Source of the DNA: Candidatus Eiseniibacteriota bacterium
GTDB lineage: Bacteria > Eisenbacteria > RBG-16-71-46
Direction: 5' to 3'
NCBI GenBank assembly: GCA_044223005.1
Contig: JBGAML010000013.1
Location: forward strand, 32,001-96,000
DNA length: 64,000 nt
Positions 1-9,288 of this stretch are shown piece by piece. The notes beneath the pieces were generated by a model, which worked only from the letters and a program-made list of their open reading frames with translations, was not told where the DNA came from and did not search any database. The position numbers were made by a program, and so were the translations under genes. The stretch's first letter is position 1. Each line of letters begins with the position of its first letter.

Positions 1-2
1 GC

Positions 3-515
3 GGCGGCGCGAGCGTCTACAAGAACATGATCCAGACCGACGCCGCCATCAATCCCGGCAACAGCGGCGGCGCGCTCGTGAACGGCGACGGCGTCGTGAT
101 CGGGATCAACACGTTCATCTTCACGTCGGGTGGCGGCTCGATCGGGCTCGGGTTCGCGATCCCGATCAACGTCGCGAAGCGCCTGCTCGCGGAGATCCGC
201 CAGTACGGCCGCGTGCGGCAGGCCTGGCCCGGCATGACGGTGCAGGACGTGAACGAGTACCTCGCGCGCCGGCTCGGCTGGGACAGCACCGAGGGCCTCG
301 TCGTGACCAAGGTCGATCCGCGCGGACCGGCCGCGCGCGCGGGCATCGTGGTGGGCGACCGGGTGCGCAAGGTGAACGGGCGCGTGACCAACAGCGCCGA
401 CGACGTGCCGGCCAGCATCTACGGAGCGCAGGTCGGCGACAAGCTCACGTTCGAGATCGAGCGCGAGGGCAAGCGCTCGACCATCACGCTCGTGCTCGAG
501 GAGGCGCCGCGCTGA
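3..515 (+). CDS. HtrA/DegP-family trypsin-like serine protease with PDZ domain (5'-truncated by window edge)
   Basis: [14 protein letters not shown] catalytic-Ser motif and GLGFAIP, then a PDZ-like C-terminus; frame is open to the window start. Confidence 0.93.
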   Translation, partial: GGASVYKNMIQTDAAINPGNSGGALVNGDGVVIGINTFIFTSGGGSIGLGFAIPINVAKRLLAEIRQYGRVRQAWPGMTVQDVNEYLARRLGWDSTEGLVVTKVDPRGPAARAGIVVGDRVRKVNGRVTNSADDVPASIYGAQVGDKLTFEIEREGKRSTITLVLEEAPR

Positions 516-516
516 C

Positions 517-1818
517 ATGATCGAACGCTACCGGCGTCCGGAGATGGCGAAGGTCTGGAGCGACGAGCACCGGCTCGAGCTCTGGCTCGACGTCGAGCTC
601 GCTGCGACGGCGGCGCGCGAGGCGCGCGACGAGGTGCCGCGCGGGACCACGGACCGCATCCGCGCGCAGGCGCACCTGGACCTCGACCGCATGCAGGCGC
701 TCGAGGCCGAGGTGCACCACGACGTCATCGCGTTCCTGAGCATGGTGGCCGAGACCGCCGGCGACGACGCGCGGCACCTGCACGTCGGCATGACGTCCTC
801 GGACCTGGTCGACTCCGCACTCGCCTGCCAGCTGCAGGAGGCCGGGCGGGTGCTGGCCGACGGCGTGCGGCGCGTGCGCCGCGCGGCCTGGGCGCTGGCG
901 CAGGCGCATCGCCGGACCGTGATGGTGGGGCGCACGCACGGCGTGCACGCCGAACCGATCACGTTCGGGCTCAAGTGCCTGGTGTGGAGCGAAGAGTTGG
1001 GGCGCGGGCTGGACCGGCTGGAGACGGCACTCGGCGAATGCGCGATCGGCAAGCTGAGCGGCGCGGTGGGCACGCTCGCGCACCTCGATCCCGAGCTCGA
1101 GAACGCCGCGCTCACGTCGCTGGGGCTCGCGCCCGAGCCGGTGGCGAACCAGGTCGTGCAGCGCGACCGGCACGCGGCGCTGCTCGCGAGCCTGGCGCTG
1201 CTCGGGGGCACGTTCGAGAAGATCGCGCTCGAGATCCGTCACCTCATGCGCACCGAGGTGCGCGAGGCGGAAGAGCCCTTCACCGAGCGGCAGAAGGGCT
1301 CGTCGGCGATGCCGCACAAGCGCAATCCCGTGCGCTGCGAGCGCGTCTGCGGGCTCGCCCGGCTGCTGCGCGGCTACGCGATCGCCGGGTTCGAGGACCA
1401 GGCGCTGTGGCACGAGCGCGACATCAGCCACTCGTCGGTCGAGCGCGTCGTGCTGGCCGACGCGTTCCTCGTCGCCGACTTCATGGCGCACGATCTCGCC
1501 TGGGTGCTGGAGGGCCTGCGCGTGCATCCGGAGCGGATGCGCGCGAACCTCGACGCCGGCGGCGGGCTCGTGTATTCGCAGCGCGTCCTGCTCGCGCTCA
1601 CCGCGGGCGGGCTGGTGCGCGACGAGGCGTACCGCGTCGTGCAGCGGCACGCGCTGGCGGCGGCGGACGGGGGCCCCGAGTTCCGGACCGCGCTCGCGGC
1701 CGACCCGGCGGTGACGGCCGTGCTCGACCCGGCGGCGCTCGCGGCCTGCTTCGACCCCGCCCACTTCCTGCGTCACGTCGACGCGATCTACGCCCGCGCC
1801 GAGGAGCCCCGCACGTGA
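517..1818 (+). CDS. purB: adenylosuccinate lyase
   Basis: MIERY N-terminus, HDVIAF, TSSD, GRTHGVHAEP, GSSAMPHKRNP, ERDISHSSVER. Confidence 0.97.
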   Translation: MIERYRRPEMAKVWSDEHRLELWLDVELAATAAREARDEVPRGTTDRIRAQAHLDLDRMQALEAEVHHDVIAFLSMVAETAGDDARHLHVGMTSSDLVDSALACQLQEAGRVLADGVRRVRRAAWALAQAHRRTVMVGRTHGVHAEPITFGLKCLVWSEELGRGLDRLETALGECAIGKLSGAVGTLAHLDPELENAALTSLGLAPEPVANQVVQRDRHAALLASLALLGGTFEKIALEIRHLMRTEVREAEEPFTERQKGSSAMPHKRNPVRCERVCGLARLLRGYAIAGFEDQALWHERDISHSSVERVVLADAFLVADFMAHDLAWVLEGLRVHPERMRANLDAGGGLVYSQRVLLALTAGGLVRDEAYRVVQRHALAAADGGPEFRTALAADPAVTAVLDPAALAACFDPAHFLRHVDAIYARAEEPRT

Positions 1819-4166
1819 GCCCGCTCGCCGCCGCACCCGCGTGGGACGTCGCCGAGGCGCGCGACCCCGCCGCGGTGTCGGCGCGGTTGTGCACGCACGG
1901 CGTCGCGCTCGAGCCGGACGAGGTGACGCTGCTCGGGGAACTCCTCGGGCGGCCGCCGCGGTGGGCCGAGGCCGTGCTCTTCGGCATCCTCTGGAGCGAG
2001 CACTGCTCGTACAAGTCGACGCGACACCTGCTGAGGCGCCTTCCCACGGAGGCGCCTCAGGTCGTCCTGGGCCCGGGCGAGGACGCCGGCGTCGTCGCGC
2101 TGCCCGAGCCGTGCACGGATACGGTGCTCGTGCTCGGGCACGAGAGCCACAACCACCCGAGCCAGGTGCTGCCCGTCGAAGGCGCGGCGACCGGCGTCGG
2201 CGGCATCGTGCGCGACATCGTGTGCATGGGCGCGGAGGTGGTCGGCGTGCTCGACGCGCTGCGCTTCGGCGACCCCGCGAGCGGCGTGCACGTGCGCGAC
2301 GTGATGCGCGGCGTGGTCGAGGGCATCGCGGGCTACGCGAATCCGCTCGGCGTACCGAACCTGGGCGGCGACACGGTGTTCGACGCGGGCTACGGCGACA
2401 ACTGCCTCGTCAACGTGATGGCGGTAGGGCTGGCGCCGGCCGACGGCGTGCTGCGCAGCCGCGTGCCCGAGGGCCCGGGCCCGTGGACGTTCGTGCTCGT
2501 GGGCAAGCCGACCGACGAGAGCGGCTTCGGCGGCGCGGCGTTCGCCTCCGACGCGCTCGGCGCGGTCGACCAGCGGGGCGCGGTGCAGCTCCCGGATCCG
2601 TTCCTCAAGCGCGTGTTGAACGTGGCGACGTACGAGGCGTTCCGCCGCCTGCGCGGCCGCGGCGTGCCGTGCGGTTTCAAGGATCTCGGCGCCGGCGGCA
2701 TCGCCTGCGCGACCAGCGAGCTCGCCGCGGCCGGCGGCTGCGGGGCACGCATCACGCTCGACGACGCGCACCGCGTCGAACGCGCGCTGCCGCCCGAGGT
2801 GCTGCTCTGCGCCGAGACGCAGGAGCGCTACTGCTGGGTCGTCCCGGCGGCCGAGGCGCCGGCGCTGCTGGCGCTCTACAACGACGAGTTCGCGCTCGGG
2901 CGCGTGCATCCCGGCGCGGGCGCGCGCGCGATCGGCACCGCAACCGCCGAACGCCGCTACGTGGTCACGTGGGCGGGCGAGACGCTGGTGGACTGCGACG
3001 TCGACGCGATCACGGCCGGCCGGCGCATCGAGCGCCCGGCCCGTGCGCGCGCACGCGAGCCGCTGCCGCCGCGGCCGAAGCGCCGCGCGGTGGACCATCA
3101 CTCGGCGCTGCGCACGCTGCTGCGTGGCGACCACCTCGGCTCGCGCGAGTACCTCGTGCGCCACTACGACACCGAGGTGCAGGGGCGCACGTGGCTGCGG
3201 CCGTGCGAAGGCGACGCGGCCGTGATCCGCGTGCATCCGGACCGCCCGACCGGTGTGGCGTTCGCCGTCGGCGGGAACCCGCACTGGTGCGCGGGTGATC
3301 CGGACCTCGGCGCGCGGCACGCGGTCGCCGAGGCGGCTCGTCGCGTCGCGGTGGTGGGCGCGCGGCCGTGGGCGCTCACCGACTGCCTCAACTTCGGGCA
3401 CCCGGAAGACCCCGAGGTGATGGGCGACCTCGAGGCCACGATCGCGGGGCTCGCGGCCGCGGCGCGCGCGCTCGGCGGCCTCGCGGCGCCGGGGCAGCCG
3501 CTGCCGTTCGTGAGCGGGAACGTGAGCCTGTACAACCAGACGGGCACGCGTGCGATCCCGCCGTCGCCGATCGTGATGTGCTCCGGCGTCGTGCGCGACG
3601 TGACGACGCTGCCCGGGCAGGCGCTGCGGCATCCGGGGAGCGTGCTCGTGCTGGTCGGCGAACCGCGCGACGGCCTGGAGGGCTCGGCGTACCGGCGCGA
3701 GATCCTGAAGGCCCCCTCGGGGCCGCCGCCCGCGCTCGGCCTGGAGCACGAGGCGCGGCTGCAGGCGCTCGCGGTGCAGGCGGCGGAGGGCCGCTGGGTG
3801 AGCGCGGCGCACGCGCTCGGCAGCGGCGGGCTCGCGGTCGCGCTCGCCGAGATGCTGCTCGCGGCGCCGGCGGAGGAGCCGCTGGGGCTCGAAGCGAACC
3901 TCGATTCGCTCGAGGTCGAGCCCGGGGTCGCGCTCTTCTGCGAGCGGCCGGGCATCGTCTACGAGGTCGGTTTCGAGCGGCTGCCGCGGCTGTCGCAGGC
4001 CGCGCGCGAACTGGGACTCGTCGCCTGGCCCGTCGGCACCGTGACGACCCAGCCGCTGCTGCGCGCGCTGCTGCCCGGCGGCGCCACGGTCTCGTGGACG
4101 GTGGAGGAACTGCGCGACGCGTGGACGAGCGCGTTGCCGAGGCGCTGGAACGAGGAGGGGGCATGA
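1815..4166 (+). CDS. purL: phosphoribosylformylglycinamidine synthase subunit PurL (small form)
   Basis: WSEHCSYKS, ESHNHPS, GAATGVGGIVRDI, DLGAGG, ETQER, DCLNFG, VSGNVSLYN; GTG start overlaps the purB stop (GTGA). Confidence 0.95.
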   Translation: MSPLAAAPAWDVAEARDPAAVSARLCTHGVALEPDEVTLLGELLGRPPRWAEAVLFGILWSEHCSYKSTRHLLRRLPTEAPQVVLGPGEDAGVVALPEPCTDTVLVLGHESHNHPSQVLPVEGAATGVGGIVRDIVCMGAEVVGVLDALRFGDPASGVHVRDVMRGVVEGIAGYANPLGVPNLGGDTVFDAGYGDNCLVNVMAVGLAPADGVLRSRVPEGPGPWTFVLVGKPTDESGFGGAAFASDALGAVDQRGAVQLPDPFLKRVLNVATYEAFRRLRGRGVPCGFKDLGAGGIACATSELAAAGGCGARITLDDAHRVERALPPEVLLCAETQERYCWVVPAAEAPALLALYNDEFALGRVHPGAGARAIGTATAERRYVVTWAGETLVDCDVDAITAGRRIERPARARAREPLPPRPKRRAVDHHSALRTLLRGDHLGSREYLVRHYDTEVQGRTWLRPCEGDAAVIRVHPDRPTGVAFAVGGNPHWCAGDPDLGARHAVAEAARRVAVVGARPWALTDCLNFGHPEDPEVMGDLEATIAGLAAAARALGGLAAPGQPLPFVSGNVSLYNQTGTRAIPPSPIVMCSGVVRDVTTLPGQALRHPGSVLVLVGEPRDGLEGSAYRREILKAPSGPPPALGLEHEARLQALAVQAAEGRWVSAAHALGSGGLAVALAEMLLAAPAEEPLGLEANLDSLEVEPGVALFCERPGIVYEVGFERLPRLSQAARELGLVAWPVGTVTTQPLLRALLPGGATVSWTVEELRDAWTSALPRRWNEEGA

Positions 4167-4978
4167 GCGCGCGCGTGGCGGTGCTGCAGTTCCCGGGCGT
4201 GAACTGCGAGGCCGAGACGGTTCGCGCGCTCGCGCACGTGGGGCTCGAGGCGGAGGTGTTCCGCTGGACGCAGGCCCCGCGCGAGCTGCTCGGTTACGAC
4301 GCGTTCGTGGTGCCGGGCGGCTTCTCGTACCAGGACCGCGTCCGCGCCGGCGCGCTCGCGGCCAAGGACCCGCTCGTCGAGGCGCTCGCGGAACGCGCGG
4401 AGACCGGCCGGCCGGTGCTCGGGATCTGCAACGGCGCGCAGGTGCTCGTGGAAGCGGGGCTGGTCCCGGGCGACGGCGCCGTGGCGCTGGCGCTTGCGCG
4501 TAACCGCATGCCCGACCGCCGCGGCTACCAGGCGCGCTGGGCGCGCTGCCGCGTCGAGGACTCGCCGTGCGTGTTCACGCGCCGGCTGGAGCCGGGCATG
4601 GTGCTGCCGCTGCCGGTCGCGCACGCGGAGGGACGCTTCACGTCGGCCGAGCCCGGGACACTCGAGACGCTCGCGACCGCGGGGCAGGTGCCGCTGCGCT
4701 ACGTCGACGCGGCGGGGCGCACGGCCGAGGTGTTCCCGGACAACCCGAACGGTTCCGAAGCGGCGGCCGCCGCCGTCTGCAACGCGCGCGGCAACGTGCT
4801 GGCGATGATGCCGCACCCCGAGCGCGTGCAGCACGTGGGCGCGATCGCCCGCGAGGTCGGCGGCGAGTGGGGCGAGCGCCGCCGCCGCGCCGCCGAGCAG
4901 GGCGGTGAGGGCCCGTGGGCCGACGCCCCCGGCATGCTGCTCTTCGCGGGCCTGCGGGCCCACCTGGAGGATGCATGA
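4163..4978 (+). CDS. purQ: phosphoribosylformylglycinamidine synthase glutaminase subunit
   Basis: FPGVNC, PGGFSY, GICNG catalytic Cys, AHAEG, NPNGS, MMPHPER; ATGA overlap with purL. Confidence 0.95.
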   Translation: MSARVAVLQFPGVNCEAETVRALAHVGLEAEVFRWTQAPRELLGYDAFVVPGGFSYQDRVRAGALAAKDPLVEALAERAETGRPVLGICNGAQVLVEAGLVPGDGAVALALARNRMPDRRGYQARWARCRVEDSPCVFTRRLEPGMVLPLPVAHAEGRFTSAEPGTLETLATAGQVPLRYVDAAGRTAEVFPDNPNGSEAAAAAVCNARGNVLAMMPHPERVQHVGAIAREVGGEWGERRRRAAEQGGEGPWADAPGMLLFAGLRAHLEDA

Positions 4979-5556
4979 GCCCGGTGGCGCGGACGCGCGC
5001 GCAGGTGTTCGTGGAACTGCGGGCCGAGGACCCCGAGGCGGTCAGCGCGTTCGCGGTGGCGCGCGAACGGCTCGCCGCGGGCCGCGGCCTGCGGGCGCTG
5101 CGGCGCTGGCGGGTGTTCGAGCTGACCGGCGCGCTGCCGGCCCGCGAGGAACTCGAGGCGCTGCTGCACGGCTCGATCCAGTTCTACAACCCGGCCAAGG
5201 AGCGCGTGCACGTGCGCGTGCACGAGGCGGATCCGACACCCGCGGCCGCGGGCGAGTCGCTCGTGCTCGTGCTGGAGCGCGGGGGCGAACGGCGCCCCGG
5301 CGCCGAACGCTGGTGGCGGCACGAGACCGGCGCGCGGATCGAGGTGCGCGAAGCGGTCGCGTGGGGCCTGCGGTTCGAGCCGGGAGAGGACGTGGCCGCG
5401 CGAACCGCGGAACTCGCGGTGACGCGCGACCGCGCGCACGGCCTGCTCGCCAACCCGCACGTGCAGGACGCGCGCGTCCGTACGGACGCGCCGCCACTCG
5501 ACTGGCTCTCGCGCCGCGAGGGCCGCACCCGGTCGCGAACCCGGAGGACTCCATGA
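4975..5556 (+). CDS. PurS-like protein, apparently two PurS units in tandem (193 aa)
   Basis: Lies between purQ and purF with ATGA overlaps on both sides; DPE motif near the N-terminus, FYNP ending unit 1 and LLANP ending unit 2 (PurS-like motifs). Confidence 0.7.
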   Translation: MSPVARTRAQVFVELRAEDPEAVSAFAVARERLAAGRGLRALRRWRVFELTGALPAREELEALLHGSIQFYNPAKERVHVRVHEADPTPAAAGESLVLVLERGGERRPGAERWWRHETGARIEVREAVAWGLRFEPGEDVAARTAELAVTRDRAHGLLANPHVQDARVRTDAPPLDWLSRREGRTRSRTRRTP

Positions 5557-6992
5557 GCGCGGAAGCCTGGCTTCGGGACTGGAACGAGGAGTGCGGCGTG
5601 ATGGCGGTGGTCGGAGCGCCGAACGCCGCCGAGCTCGTCGCACTGGGCCTGCACGCGCTGCAGCACCGCGGACAGGAGGCGACCGGTGTCGTGGCGTGCG
5701 GCGACGACGGCGAGTTCCGCGCCGTGCGCGGCATCGGGCTCGTCTCGGACGTCTATCGCGAGGCGAACCTCGCGCCGCTCACCGGTGCGATGGCGATCGG
5801 CCACAACCGCTATTCGACGACGGGCTCGCTCAAGCTCGAGAACACGCAGCCGCTCGCCGTCGTCTACCGCGGCGGCCCGCTGGCGCTCGCGCACAACGGC
5901 AACCTCGTCAATGCCCGCACGCTGCGGCAGGGACTCGAGGAATCGGGTTCGATCTTCCAGACGACGCTCGACACCGAGATCTTCCTGCACCTCGTGGCGC
6001 TCTCGCCCGGGGACGGGATCGAGGACGCGCTGGTCGAGGCCGCGCGCCAGGTCGAGGGTGCGTACTCGCTCGTGGTGCTCACGCGCCACGGCGTGATCGC
6101 GCTGCGCGACCCGCACGGGTTCCGGCCGCTCTGCATCGGACGGCTGGGCGACGGTTACGTGGTCGCGAGCGAGACCTGCGCGCTGGACCTCGTGGGGGCG
6201 GACTTCCTGCGTGAGGTCGAGCCCGGCGAGATGGTGACGGTGGACCCGCAGGGCCTGCGCTCGCGGCGCGCGTTGCCCGCGGCCGAGCCGCGCCAGCACT
6301 GCATCTTCGAGCACATCTACTTCTCGCGCCCCGACAGCCGCGTGTTCGGCGACACGGTCGACCGCGTGCGCCGGCGCCTCGGGCGGCGGCTCGCCGCCGA
6401 GCACCCGGCCGAGGCCGATCTCGTGACCGCGGTGCCGGACTCGAGCAACTCGATCGCGCTCGGCTTCAGCGAGGCGTCGGGCCTGCCGTACGAACTCGCG
6501 CTGATCCGCAACCACTACGTCGGGCGCACGTTCATCCAGCCGCAGCAGGCCGGCCGCGACTTCGGCGTTCGGGTGAAGTTCAACCCCGTGCGCGAGGTGC
6601 TGGATGGCAAGCGCGTCGTGGTGGTGGACGACTCGATCGTGCGCGGCACCACGAGCCGCAAGCTCGTCCGGCTGCTGCGCCGCGCGGGGGCGCGCGAGGT
6701 GCACATGCGCGTGGGCTCGCCGCCGGTGACGCACCCGTGTTTCTACGGCATCGACACGCCGAGCCGCCGCGAGCTGATCGGCGCCCTGAAGACGGTGGAG
6801 GAGATCCGCCAGTACCTCGGGGTGGATTCGCTCGGCTATCTCTCGCTCGCCGGCATGCTCGCCTGCGAGAACGACCCGCGGCAGTTCTGCCGCGCGTGCT
6901 TCACCGGCGACTACCCGGTCGCGGTCGATCCGGCGGCGGGCAAGCTCGCGCTCGAGCACCTGCGCCGCTCGCCGACCGGCGCGGGGAGCTGA
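5553..6992 (+). CDS. purF: amidophosphoribosyltransferase (propeptide, Fe-S type)
   Basis: Short propeptide then CG, LQHRGQE, HNRYST, AHNGNL, CIFEHIYF, VVVDDSIVRGTT, PCFYGID, FCRACFTG. Confidence 0.97.
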   Translation: MSAEAWLRDWNEECGVMAVVGAPNAAELVALGLHALQHRGQEATGVVACGDDGEFRAVRGIGLVSDVYREANLAPLTGAMAIGHNRYSTTGSLKLENTQPLAVVYRGGPLALAHNGNLVNARTLRQGLEESGSIFQTTLDTEIFLHLVALSPGDGIEDALVEAARQVEGAYSLVVLTRHGVIALRDPHGFRPLCIGRLGDGYVVASETCALDLVGADFLREVEPGEMVTVDPQGLRSRRALPAAEPRQHCIFEHIYFSRPDSRVFGDTVDRVRRRLGRRLAAEHPAEADLVTAVPDSSNSIALGFSEASGLPYELALIRNHYVGRTFIQPQQAGRDFGVRVKFNPVREVLDGKRVVVVDDSIVRGTTSRKLVRLLRRAGAREVHMRVGSPPVTHPCFYGIDTPSRRELIGALKTVEEIRQYLGVDSLGYLSLAGMLACENDPRQFCRACFTGDYPVAVDPAAGKLALEHLRRSPTGAGS

Positions 6993-7003
6993 GGGGCGCG
7001 AGC

Positions 7004-7513
7004 ATGACGGTACCGTCGCGGCGCCGGCTCGCCCCGGCAGGGCGGCTCGCTGTCGTGCTCGCACTCGGCGTCCTCGCCGGGCCTGCCGGCGCGGCACCCT
7101 GGGCGCGGTTCGTCACGCGGCCCATGGCGTCGGACACCACCTTCTCCGCGCTGGCCGCACGGCCGCTGGAGTCGCTCGAGCCGAGCGAACGGACCTGGTT
7201 CATGGCGCAGGCCAGCTGGCGCGTGGAGATCGAGGAAGAGGCGGCCGCTTCACCGCGAGGCGCGCGGCCGTGGCGGCACGACGAGCGGCGGACCGACGCA
7301 CGCCTCGCCTCGCGGCTCGCGCGCGACCCGCGCGAGCTCGGCGACTCCGACCTGGCGTGGATCGAAGCCGAGGCCCGCCGGCGGTGGAGCGGCCACACGT
7401 TGAGGCCGCAGCCGGAGGTGGGGGACATGAGCACGCTGTCGCTGCTCGGCGCGCTCGCGGCCATCGGCGGCTTGCTGTGGATGCTGCACACGCTCGCGGA
7501 CTCCATTCACTAG
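7004..7513 (+). CDS. hypothetical exported protein with C-terminal TM anchor
   Basis: Basic/hydrophobic signal peptide (RRRLAP...LAVVLALGVLAGPAGA), two helical repeats, C-terminal hydrophobic helix; GAGGGG upstream. Confidence 0.6.
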   Translation: MTVPSRRRLAPAGRLAVVLALGVLAGPAGAAPWARFVTRPMASDTTFSALAARPLESLEPSERTWFMAQASWRVEIEEEAAASPRGARPWRHDERRTDARLASRLARDPRELGDSDLAWIEAEARRRWSGHTLRPQPEVGDMSTLSLLGALAAIGGLLWMLHTLADSIH

Positions 7514-7694
7514 CGGGAAGCGGCGTGCCGCCGTGGCGGCCCGAGGGTGCCGCAACGGGTTGGCCACGGGCGTTCACGTGGATTCCCACCGCCCGGCTCG
7601 CGTTTCGGCGCCGGCGCGATCCTCGGTTCGAGTCCGTGGGCCTGGCGGGTGTTCGCGCATCGAGTCACGGGCTTCCGGGGCGCGCCCGCCGCGG

Positions 7695-7723
7695 TTGACG
7701 CCCGCACGGGCGCTCCCTAGATT
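7695..7723 (+). promoter_or_regulatory. sigma70-type promoter of the lysS operon
   Basis: TTGACG-17 bp-TAGATT, about 50 nt upstream of the lysS ATG. Confidence 0.7.
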
Positions 7724-7773
7724 CGCGGTTTCGGCGCGTCCTGCGCGCCTCGGACCCCGACCGGGAAGGACCC

Positions 7774-9288
7774 ATGTCGCTCGCTCACCTGATGGAACAG
7801 CGCCGGGCCAAGATCGCCGCGTGGCGTTCGCTCGGCTGCGAACCGTATGCCTACCGCTTCGACGTCACGCACCATTCCGCCGACCTGCACGCGATGGGCG
7901 ACGCGGTGACGACCGAGTTCGGCGATCGGGTCCGGATCGCGGGCCGCATCCTGACCGTGCGCGGGCACGGCAAGGCGGCGTTCGCGCACCTCGTCGACAA
8001 GACCGGGCGCATCCAGGTCTACTTCCGGCAGGACGTCCTGGCGGAACAGTGGGCGCGGTTCGAGCTCCTCGACGTGGGCGACTGGGTCGGGCTCGAGGGC
8101 CCGGTGTTCCGTACCCGCACGGGCGAGATCACCGTGCGCGTCGACGCGGTCGAGCTGCTCGCCAAGTCCATCCGGCCGCTGCCCGAGAAGTGGCACGGCC
8201 TGAAGGATCCCGAGACGCGTTTCCGCCAGCGCTACGCGGACCTGTTCGTGAACCTCGACGTGCGTGAGACGTTCCGCCGCCGCGCGCGGCTCACGTCGGG
8301 CATCCGCGCGTTCCTCGACGCGCGCGGCTACCTCGAGGTCGAGACGCCGGTGCTGCAGCCGCTCTACGGCGGTGCGTTCGCGCGGCCGTTCGTGACGAAG
8401 CACAACGCGCTCGACGTCGATCTCTACCTGCGCATCTCCAACGAGCTCTACTTGAAGCGCCTGATCGTGGGCGGGCTCGACCGGGTCTACGAGTTCTCGC
8501 GCAACTTCCGCAACGAGGGCATGGACCGTTCGCACAATCCCGAGTTCACGCTGCTCGAGTTCTACCAGGCCTTCGCGGACATCCACGACATGATGGACCT
8601 GACCGAGGGGCTCGTCTGCGACGCGCTGATGGCGGCCTGCGGCACGCTGCAGGTGCCCTACCAGGGCCGCACGCTCGACTTCACGCCGCCGTGGCCGCGC
8701 GTCTCGATGCTCGACGCGGTGAGCGAGAAGGTCGGCGAGAGCGTGCACGCGCTGGACGAGGCGGTGCTCGCGAAGCACGTGGCGAAGCACAGCCTGCACC
8801 CGCGCGAGGGCACCGGGGCGGGCGGCATGCTCGACGAGCTCTTCTCGGCGCTGGTGCAGCCGGAGCTGCAGGACGCGGCGTTCGTGATCGATTTCCCGAT
8901 CGTGACCTCACCGCTGGCGCGCACGAGCCGCACGAACCCGGCCGTGGTCGAGCGCTTCGAGCTGTTCGCCGCGGGCATGGAGCTGGCCAACGCGTTCAGC
9001 GAGCAGAACGACCCGGACGCGCAGCGGCGGGCGTTCGAGTCCCAGCGCGCGGCCCGCGAAGGCGGTGACGAAGAGGCGCAGCCGCTCGACGAGGACTACC
9101 TGCGCGCGCTCGAATACGGCATGCCGCCCACCGGTGGCGTGGGCATCGGCATCGACCGGCTGGTGATGCTGGCCACGGATTCGCGCACGATCCGCGACGT
9201 CGTGCTGTTCCCGCAGCTGCGGCCCGAGGAGGGCCGGCCCGCGGACGACGACGCCGAGGTGCCGGAGGACGAGGCGCCGCCCGCATGA
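7774..9288 (+). CDS. lysS: lysine--tRNA ligase (class II)
   Basis: OB-fold anticodon domain, RFRQRYADL, EVETPVL, FRNEGMDRSHNPEFT, ELANAFSE, YGMPPTGGVGIGIDRL. Confidence 0.97.
   Translation: MSLAHLMEQRRAKIAAWRSLGCEPYAYRFDVTHHSADLHAMGDAVTTEFGDRVRIAGRILTVRGHGKAAFAHLVDKTGRIQVYFRQDVLAEQWARFELLDVGDWVGLEGPVFRTRTGEITVRVDAVELLAKSIRPLPEKWHGLKDPETRFRQRYADLFVNLDVRETFRRRARLTSGIRAFLDARGYLEVETPVLQPLYGGAFARPFVTKHNALDVDLYLRISNELYLKRLIVGGLDRVYEFSRNFRNEGMDRSHNPEFTLLEFYQAFADIHDMMDLTEGLVCDALMAACGTLQVPYQGRTLDFTPPWPRVSMLDAVSEKVGESVHALDEAVLAKHVAKHSLHPREGTGAGGMLDELFSALVQPELQDAAFVIDFPIVTSPLARTSRTNPAVVERFELFAAGMELANAFSEQNDPDAQRRAFESQRAAREGGDEEAQPLDEDYLRALEYGMPPTGGVGIGIDRLVMLATDSRTIRDVVLFPQLRPEEGRPADDDAEVPEDEAPPA

Noticed and set aside
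7516..7645. Possible tRNA (including tRNA-Sec) suggested by a GGAAG start, a GCCGCC/GGCGGC stem and GGTTCGAGTCC
   Set aside because: No anticodon arm (no TTCA loop), spacing too long, and no matching acceptor stem or CCA; kept only as a low-confidence structured element.
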